This document shows, piece after piece, positions 1 through 5,058 of a DNA stretch of 5,132 nucleotides; the first letter of the stretch is position 1, and each line of letters begins with the position of its first letter. The notes under the pieces were generated by a model, which had not been told where the DNA came from, searched no databases, and was given only the letters and a program-made list of their open reading frames with translations. The stretch is taken from IMG/VR virus record IMGVR_UViG_2636416161_000006; one strand, given 5' to 3'. Origin of the DNA: a virus. Taxonomy: Duplodnaviria > Heunggongvirae > Uroviricota > Caudoviricetes. A program made the position numbers and the translations under genes.

Positions 1-29
1 GTGTTGGTTCAGTTGGTTCAGTTGGTTCA
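1..29 (+). repeat. Three perfect tandem direct copies of the 9-bp motif GTTGGTTCA (3-11, 12-20, 21-29); extended 11-mer GTGTTGGTTCA at 1-11
   Basis: Read directly from sequence. The array starts at the first bases of the window, so further copies upstream cannot be excluded. Confidence 0.95.
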
Positions 30-72
30 ATTTGTAAAGAGTATTGTTTTATAAGGATTTTATTCTTTTTAT

Positions 73-115
73 TGAACCAACACTGAACCAACAACACGGC
101 ATTTTGAACCAACAC
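73..115 (-). repeat. Three copies of TGAACCAAC(A) at 73-81, 84-92 and 105-113, the exact reverse complement of the 1-29 motif (inverted orientation)
   Basis: Read directly from sequence. 73-83 and 105-115 are the full 11-mer TGAACCAACAC; 84-94 is TGAACCAACAA. Confidence 0.95.
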
Positions 116-209
116 AACGTGACTGAATTGATGAGCACAACATCTGGCTGGCATTAGAGAGTGTTTTACGAAATCTGAACACCACATCACTGGTTTCAGT
201 GGGAGATTG

Positions 210-668
210 ATGATGAAGATAATCGCAAAGGCTTTTCATCATGTATTTGGCAAAGTATCCGATTTGCCATCTGTAATACCGATGAACAACAGAAGGGAGA
301 TGCTGCTTGATGTGGTTGTGTTCCCATACATAGACCTTTCTGAACCAATGAAAGCAACTCTTTTCAGAAAGTATCTTGGCGACTTTAAACGCCGTTTTAC
401 AGGCGTTAACGGGATGGTTGATATCTGCTCCATCAGAGATATTGTTGAACTTGCAGGGATTAATTTGTGGGGAGAAGCGGCAGCAGCATACAAATGGCTT
501 GAACGCCTGCACTGTGTTTCATTCAGTGACATGAGTGCTGATATCGCTTTAATGGTTCCTCACAAAATCAATATGGTCTTTGCTGGTGGCAATTACACTT
601 ATCCATGGAACCAGGAACAAAGAGAGAACAGGAAAGCTCACGCCATGAAGAGTAATGCGACTCCATAA
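210..668 (+). CDS. Hypothetical protein, about 152 aa; possible helix-turn-helix or winged-helix DNA-binding segment (SIRDIVELAGINLWGEAAAAYKWLERL)
   Basis: ORF-track frame 207..668. GGGAGA at 201-206 is an SD-like element, so ATG at 210 (or 213) is a more plausible start than TTG at 207. Stop TAA 666-668, followed by an intrinsic terminator. The overlapping minus-strand ORFs look spurious. No family recognised. Confidence 0.7.
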   Translation: MMKIIAKAFHHVFGKVSDLPSVIPMNNRREMLLDVVVFPYIDLSEPMKATLFRKYLGDFKRRFTGVNGMVDICSIRDIVELAGINLWGEAAAAYKWLERLHCVSFSDMSADIALMVPHKINMVFAGGNYTYPWNQEQRENRKAHAMKSNATP

Positions 669-720
669 ATATAGTTTTTAGAGTCCATAAAAAAACTGTC
701 AAAACCTGACATACAGAACG

Positions 721-753
721 ATGCCACCAGCTACTGAACGGTGGCATTTTTTT
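721..753 (+). terminator. Rho-independent terminator: stem ATGCCACC / GGTGGCAT (8 bp), 11-nt loop, then a run of seven T
   Basis: Perfect 8-bp inverted repeat 721-728 / 740-747 followed by TTTTTTT (747-753), about 55 nt after the stop of the 210-668 CDS. The T-run is on the + strand only. Confidence 0.75.
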
Positions 754-785
754 GTGCTATTTGTTTCATATTTTGCAATCACAAT

Positions 786-815
786 GATGAATGTTGCGTT
801 TTATGAAACTATAAT
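786..815 (+). promoter_or_regulatory. Candidate sigma70 promoter for the 849-4598 operon: perfect -10 TATAAT (810-815) with a weak -35 (GATGAA/ATGAAT/TGAATG at 786-793)
   Basis: Consensus -10 hexamer 34 nt upstream of the first start codon of the unit and directly downstream of a terminator. The -35 matches TTGACA at only about 3 of 6 positions. Transcription start not determined. Confidence 0.45.
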
Positions 816-817
816 GA

Positions 818-833
818 CTGTTGTTTTATACAG
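818..833 (+). promoter_or_regulatory. LexA-box-like (SOS box) palindrome CTGTTGTTTTATACAG (CTGT-N8-ACAG)
   Basis: Matches the invariant CTGT and ACAG half-sites of the gammaproteobacterial LexA consensus TACTGTATATATATACAGTA, with an AT-rich centre. Lies between the -10 hexamer and the SD, a typical repressor position. Only one such site occurs in the window. Confidence 0.55.
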
Positions 834-848
834 TTCTAAGGGGGCGTT

Positions 849-1022
849 ATGGCTATTTCAGTAAAGCCAGTATTGATAAGTGAGAAGCAAATGGAAGCGA
901 TAAAGAAAATTCAGGAGGAGCAGCGTAAAAAATCAGAGGTAGGAGTTGCGCCAACGATCCACGAAATTGCTCGGGGATTAATGGATAAGGCGCTGGCTTA
1001 CACTTTAACTGGACGTGGGTAA
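849..1022 (+). CDS. Small protein, 57 aa (MAISVKPVLISEKQMEAIKKIQEEQRKKSEVGVAPTIHEIARGLMDKALAYTLTGRG); possible ribbon-helix-helix DNA-binding protein
   Basis: Not in the supplied ORF track, probably below its length cut-off. Strong SD AAGGGGG (838-844) 4 nt before ATG 849. Stop TAA 1020-1022 lies 4 nt before ATG 1027 of the next ORF. Pattern of short N-terminal strand (KPVLIS), helix, turn and helix resembles CopG/Arc-type RHH proteins. Fold assignment is inference. Confidence 0.65.
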   Translation: MAISVKPVLISEKQMEAIKKIQEEQRKKSEVGVAPTIHEIARGLMDKALAYTLTGRG

Positions 1023-1026
1023 ATCA

Positions 1027-2493
1027 ATGGCTACGTGGCAACAGGGTATTAATTCTGGTGGTTTTCTGGCTGGCATCGGTACGCAAAATGAGAATGCGCC
1101 AAAGGCAAGCGACATTAACGCAACGCTTGGTCTGATCCGCGAAAACAATGAACTGGCTCGCTCAGGTGCAAATAACGTTGCTCTGACAGGTCTTCGTGGT
1201 CTGGCTGGAGTTGCTGATATTTATAAGCAGCAGCAACAGCAGGAGCGTAAAGCGGCATTCCAGAAAGGTTATGCAGATGCTTATGCGTCCGGTGACAGGG
1301 AGCAGATGCGTAATCTTATTACAGCATTCCCAGAAGAGTTTGAGGAAGTCCGTAAAGGGATGAGTTATGTCGATGATGCTCAAAGGGATGATTATGGCAA
1401 TCTGGCGCTCAAAGCACAGGTAGCCTCATCGCTTGGTCCGGGCGCATTTGGCAGGTTCATGATGGATAATGAGCAGGAGATGCGTCGTTTAGGTATCCCT
1501 CCAGAAACTATTGCTGAAATGCAGGTTAATGACCCGCAGGGCTTCCAGCATTTCGCAGGTAATCTGGCGCTGTTTTCTCTCGGTCATGAGAAGTATTTCG
1601 ATATCAAAGATCAAATGGAAGGTCTGGATATTGAGCGTGGCAAGTTGGCAGAGACAATCCGCAGCAATCAGGCTGGCGAGGCACTTCAGGCGAGAGGGCA
1701 GGATATTAGCCGAGCAAATGCGTTAACGTCAGCATATGCACCAACAGCAGCAATGCAGAATTACAATCAGTACGCTCAAATGTTAAAGGCGGATCCTGAG
1801 GGGGCTGCGGCATTTGCGGCAGCGGCGGGAATTAATACAAACGCCAAAAAATTAATGAGTGTTAGAGAAAACGATGATGGCACTGTCACAAAATACTACA
1901 CAGACGGAAGTGAAGAGCAGGGAAAACTAAACCAGCCAATATCTGGAGATGGGTTTCGTCCAATAGCTTTGCCAACAGCCCAAAAGATCATGGAAAAGTC
2001 GCCAGAAGGGGCTAAAAAAGCTGCTGGATTTGCATACAGAGTTAGGGATGCTCTTGATTCAATAGATACACTGAAAGACCAGCTTAGCCCACAGCGAGTG
2101 GCGATCATTAATAATGCTTTGGGTAATGGGACGCTGGCTAACTTAACGCTCAGCCCAACAGAGCAGCAATACGTTGTTAATGCTAATGACGCAATAATGG
2201 CAATACTCCGTCAGGAAACAGGGGCAGCTATCGTACCTGCTGAAATGTCAAAATATTATCAAATGTATTTCCCTCAGCCTGGCGACTCCACAAAAACCAT
2301 TGATACCAAGCGCCGGAAGATGGAAAACCAGTTCAATTCGCTGAAAGCTGCTTCTGGTCGAGCTTATGATGCTTTGCGGGTTATTTCAGCAGTTGACAGA
2401 GGAACTTCTTCTTCGTCGCAGACATTGCCGCAATCTGAGCAGGTATCACAGCCAGCAGCCAGCAGTAACTTTTCTTCACTATGGGGTGATTAA
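1027..2493 (+). CDS. Hypothetical protein, 488 aa from ATG 1027 (492 aa if GTG 1015 is used); Gln/Ala-rich, low-complexity, no hydrophobic segment, function unknown
   Basis: Uninterrupted ORF of about 1.47 kb. ATG 1027 follows the upstream stop by 4 nt (translational coupling), with weak SD-like GTGGGT at 1015-1020. Its stop TAA 2491-2493 overlaps the next start in TAATG. Contains a QQQQQ run and Ala-rich tracts. No Walker, HxH, nuclease or other catalytic motif recognised. Confidence 0.9.
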   Translation: MATWQQGINSGGFLAGIGTQNENAPKASDINATLGLIRENNELARSGANNVALTGLRGLAGVADIYKQQQQQERKAAFQKGYADAYASGDREQMRNLITAFPEEFEEVRKGMSYVDDAQRDDYGNLALKAQVASSLGPGAFGRFMMDNEQEMRRLGIPPETIAEMQVNDPQGFQHFAGNLALFSLGHEKYFDIKDQMEGLDIERGKLAETIRSNQAGEALQARGQDISRANALTSAYAPTAAMQNYNQYAQMLKADPEGAAAFAAAAGINTNAKKLMSVRENDDGTVTKYYTDGSEEQGKLNQPISGDGFRPIALPTAQKIMEKSPEGAKKAAGFAYRVRDALDSIDTLKDQLSPQRVAIINNALGNGTLANLTLSPTEQQYVVNANDAIMAILRQETGAAIVPAEMSKYYQMYFPQPGDSTKTIDTKRRKMENQFNSLKAASGRAYDALRVISAVDRGTSSSSQTLPQSEQVSQPAASSNFSSLWGD

Positions 2494-4598
2494 TGGCTAA
2501 AGCATGGAAAGATGTTATCGCCTCTCCACAGTATCAGGCGTTAGCACCAGAACAAAAAGCGCAGGCTCAGGAGCAATACTTCAATGAAGTCGTGGCCCCG
2601 CAAGCCGGAGAAAGTGTAGAGCAGGCTAAGCAGGATTTTTATGCTGCCTATCCACTACCATCAACGAATGAAATAGACCGATCCCAATCAGCAACTCAAA
2701 ATATTCAACATACATCATCTGATAATTCTCTTGCGTCAGGGTATGCAAAGTTAGCTACTCAGCAAAGAGAGGGGCTTGAGCGTTCAGCAGAACAGGGAGC
2801 CAGTCTTGGGGCTGCGATGCGCGATGCTATAACAGGCGAAAGCCGAATGACTCCAGAGATGGAGAGACTGCAAAATGTCGACCTTGCCCCAGAGTTAACC
2901 TCACTCAGCATGGATGCTCTAAAAGCTCGATGGTCTCAACTTTTCGGCTCTGACGCATCTCAGGAAAAGATTCTTCAGAGCATGGGAGCGAAATTAAGGC
3001 AGGATGAGAAGGGTAACACTATCGTTTCCCTGCCATCCGGTGATTATGCTCTGAACAAGCCGGGTTTATCGCCGCAAGACGTGGCATCGTTTCTGGCTAA
3101 TGCGCTGGCGTTTACACCAGCGGGCAGGGCTGGAACGGTGCTTGGTGCCATAGGAAAATCAGCAGCTACAGATTTAGCACTACAGGGAGCCACCAGCCTT
3201 GCTGGTGGAGAAGATATTGATCCGTTACAAACGGTAATTTCTGCTGGCATTGGTGGTATTGGTAAGGGGCTGGAAAATACAGCGAGTGCGGTTTCGAGGG
3301 CTGTTCGTGGTGATATGTCGCCTGAAGCAAAGGCTGCTGTCAACTTTGCATCGGAAAGAAATCTGCCGTTAATGACCAGTGACATGCTGAAAGATAAAAC
3401 CTTTATGCAGAGTCAGGCTCAGACATTAGGCGAAAGAGTTCCTTTTTTTGGAACCGGTAAGAATCGGCTGAATCAACAACAAGCACGAGAAAATTTAGTC
3501 AGAACATTTAGCGATGGTCTGGGTGGCATTTCTGATAAACAGCTTTATGAATCTGCGACTAAAGGGCAACAAAAATTCATTGAGGCAGCAGGAAAGCGAT
3601 ATAACCGCATAATTGACGCTATGGGGGATACCCCTGTCGATCTCTCAAACACGGTAAAAGCTATCGACAATCAGATTGCCGTGTTAAGCCGCCCGGGCAA
3701 ATCTCAGGATAGAGCCGCGGTAAAAGTCTTGCAGCAATTTAAAGACGATATCACCAGCGGACCAAATGACCTGCGTCTGGCGAGGGAAAACAGAACCGAT
3801 CTTCGAAAGCGATTTATGGCGTCATCTGACACTGTTGATAAAGATACGCTCCAGAAAGCCAGCGATATTATCTACAAGGCATATACGGCGGATATGAAAA
3901 AAGCCGTAGCCAAAAATCTTGGAGCAGACGAAGCCATTAATATGGCAAGGGTTGATCGCTCATGGTCTAAATTCAATGACATGATGGGAAGAACGCGCGT
4001 TCAAAAGGCAATAGCCAGCGGCAAGGCCACGCCTGAGGATGTAACAAAACTCGTTTTTAGCCAAAGCCCATCAGAACGTTCTCAGCTTTACAGGCTTCTG
4101 GATGACAATGGTAGGCAAAACGCACGAGCAGCCATAGTTCAGAATGCTGTAGATAAGGCGACTGATCCGTCTGGAAATATCAGTGTTGAGAAGTTTATTA
4201 ATGCGTTACACCGGAACAGGAAGCAATCAGCAACTTTCTTTAAAGGCGTACATGGAAAGGAACTGGACGGCGTTATTAAATACCTCAACGATACAAGACA
4301 CGCGGCAAAAGCGAACGTTCAAAACTTAAATGGTCAGCAGCTTTATGGATTGTTAGTTGGTGGTGGCATCATAAACGCAGCAGTATTAGCGGGGATGCTA
4401 AAAACGGCTGCGTTTGTTGTTCCTGCTGCTGGTGCCGTAGGCGGAGCAGCGAAGGCATACGAAAGCCCTGTTATACGAAATGCCTTGTTACGTCTGGCAA
4501 ATACGCCAAAAGGTAGCACAGCATATGACAGAGCGATCAGTACGGTCACACAATCACTGACCACAGCAGCACAAGCATCGCAAAAGGAAGCTCAATAA
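2493..4598 (+). CDS. Hypothetical protein, 701 aa; mostly hydrophilic and low-complexity with a C-proximal Gly/Ala-rich hydrophobic hairpin (about aa 617-653); possible membrane-inserting protein
   Basis: Uninterrupted ORF of about 2.1 kb. SD GGGGTGA (2483-2489), ATG 2493 overlapping the upstream stop. Hydrophobic stretch LYGLLVGGGIINAAVLAGMLKTAAFVVPAAGAVGGAA is encoded at 4341-4451. Stop TAA 4596-4598. No family recognised. Confidence 0.9.
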   Translation: MAKAWKDVIASPQYQALAPEQKAQAQEQYFNEVVAPQAGESVEQAKQDFYAAYPLPSTNEIDRSQSATQNIQHTSSDNSLASGYAKLATQQREGLERSAEQGASLGAAMRDAITGESRMTPEMERLQNVDLAPELTSLSMDALKARWSQLFGSDASQEKILQSMGAKLRQDEKGNTIVSLPSGDYALNKPGLSPQDVASFLANALAFTPAGRAGTVLGAIGKSAATDLALQGATSLAGGEDIDPLQTVISAGIGGIGKGLENTASAVSRAVRGDMSPEAKAAVNFASERNLPLMTSDMLKDKTFMQSQAQTLGERVPFFGTGKNRLNQQQARENLVRTFSDGLGGISDKQLYESATKGQQKFIEAAGKRYNRIIDAMGDTPVDLSNTVKAIDNQIAVLSRPGKSQDRAAVKVLQQFKDDITSGPNDLRLARENRTDLRKRFMASSDTVDKDTLQKASDIIYKAYTADMKKAVAKNLGADEAINMARVDRSWSKFNDMMGRTRVQKAIASGKATPEDVTKLVFSQSPSERSQLYRLLDDNGRQNARAAIVQNAVDKATDPSGNISVEKFINALHRNRKQSATFFKGVHGKELDGVIKYLNDTRHAAKANVQNLNGQQLYGLLVGGGIINAAVLAGMLKTAAFVVPAAGAVGGAAKAYESPVIRNALLRLANTPKGSTAYDRAISTVTQSLTTAAQASQKEAQ
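3190..3208. other. Back-to-back Chi octamers forming a perfect palindrome CCACCAGC-CTT-GCTGGTGG
   Basis: GCTGGTGG (E. coli Chi) on + at 3201-3208 and its reverse complement at 3190-3197, i.e. Chi on the minus strand. Additional Chi octamers at 582-589 (+) and 724-731 (-, inside the terminator stem). Confidence 0.6.
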
Positions 4599-4659
4599 CA
4601 GATGACCATGGATGGTTGGTTATAATAGTAATTAGTATTTTTTCAAATAGTTATGAACA

Positions 4660-5058
4660 TTAACACTTGCCTTTAACATTGCCGACAAATGAGCCTGTAA
4701 ATGAGCCTATATCAGATCGACTAATTGTTCGTGTATGGATCACTTTTCCGTCATTTGAGATTGCCCATGTGACAAGCGTCAGTTGACCATCTCGATAGCT
4801 TCTTCCCATCATGGCATTCGGAGATAGCGGGTAATAATCAATACCTCCACCTATACCATCTTTTGCCAAGATAAGATCCGCCTTCTCTTTACTTATTACC
4901 AAATGAAATGTATCTGGTATAGATGATAACTTATAGTTATACCCATCTGAACTTGAGGCTTCTTGTCCTTTCAGATCACCAATAATCCAGCATTCAGCGT
5001 TCGCTCCAAAAGAAGCAAATAATAAACCGGAGACAACCAATCGCTTCAATTGATTCAC
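4660..5058 (-). CDS. Small secreted (periplasmic) protein, 132 aa precursor with a predicted Sec signal peptide (MNQLKRLVVSGLLFASFGANA, cleavage after ANA); mature domain of about 111 aa begins ECW and ends in Cys
   Basis: ORF-track frame 4660..5121. An internal GTG (5056-5058) is preceded at 6-nt spacing by the strong SD AAAGGGAGG and gives a textbook signal peptide (N-terminal K/R, hydrophobic core, AxA site). The upstream ATG at 5121 has no SD within the window and would add 21 non-signal residues. Not a lipobox (E at -1). About 42 percent GC by hand count of several lines. Confidence 0.75.
   Translation of the reverse strand: MNQLKRLVVSGLLFASFGANAECWIIGDLKGQEASSSDGYNYKLSSIPDTFHLVISKEKADLILAKDGIGGGIDYYPLSPNAMMGRSYRDGQLTLVTWAISNDGKVIHTRTISRSDIGSFTGSFVGNVKGKC

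Larger units (their letters stand above)
1..120. promoter_or_regulatory. Candidate iteron-type protein-binding region (replication origin, operator or partition site): convergent 9-bp repeat arrays flanking a 43-bp AT-rich spacer (30-72)
   Basis: 3+3 motif copies in opposite orientation around a spacer with 7 G/C in 43 nt by hand count. This architecture is typical of iteron origins and of repeat operators or centromeres bound by small DNA-binding proteins. Function is inferred, not shown. Confidence 0.45.

Noticed and set aside
341-349. Extra iteron-like copy TGAACCAAT inside the 210-668 CDS (8 of 9 match)
   Set aside because: A single one-mismatch 9-mer is expected about once by chance in this much sequence; no supporting arrangement.
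69-512. Minus-strand ORF of 147 aa from the six-frame track
   Set aside because: Overlaps almost entirely the better-supported + strand ORF 210-668, which has an SD and a downstream terminator. It runs through the repeat and spacer region and has an odd Cys-rich composition (CCC). Most likely a shadow ORF.
239-532. Minus-strand ORF of 97 aa
   Set aside because: Embedded antisense in the 210-668 CDS with no translation signals seen; shadow ORF.
697-711. Short palindrome TGTCA-AAACC-TGACA just upstream of the terminator
   Set aside because: Only 5-bp arms; could be a minor binding site or part of the terminator context, but too short to call.
1015-1026. GTG 1015 as start of the 488-aa ORF, as in the ORF track
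   Set aside because: It would overlap the last codons of the 57-aa ORF and has GGA too close upstream to serve as SD. ATG 1027, 4 nt after the upstream stop, fits translational coupling better. Either remains possible.
1162-1383. Minus-strand ORF of 73 aa inside the 488-aa gene
   Set aside because: Antisense to a long, well-supported CDS. It reads the complement of the CAG run as Leu repeats (LLLLLL), a typical artefact.
1511-1726. Alternate-frame + strand ORF of 71 aa
   Set aside because: Out-of-frame overlap within the 488-aa CDS, Arg/Ser-rich frame-shift-like composition, no SD; likely spurious.
1896-2108. Minus-strand ORF of 70 aa
   Set aside because: Antisense inside the 488-aa CDS; no independent support.
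3232-3260. Walker-A-like GIGGIGKG in the 701-aa protein
   Set aside because: The lysine is followed by Gly rather than Ser/Thr, no Walker B motif is evident, and the segment sits in a Gly/Ala-rich tract. More likely low-complexity or glycine-zipper sequence than an NTP-binding loop.
3044-3385. Minus-strand ORF of 113 aa
   Set aside because: Antisense to the Gly/Ala-rich part of the 701-aa CDS; Ala/Pro/Ser-rich shadow translation.
4343-4564. Minus-strand ORF of 73 aa
   Set aside because: Antisense to the hydrophobic-hairpin coding region of the 701-aa CDS; shadow ORF.
2493-4598. Calling the 701-aa protein a pore-forming colicin
   Set aside because: Only the hydrophobic hairpin and SOS context point that way. 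There is no recognisable translocation or receptor box, the hairpin is not at the extreme C-terminus, and the convergent downstream protein is not a multi-pass membrane immunity protein. Kept as a hypothesis only.
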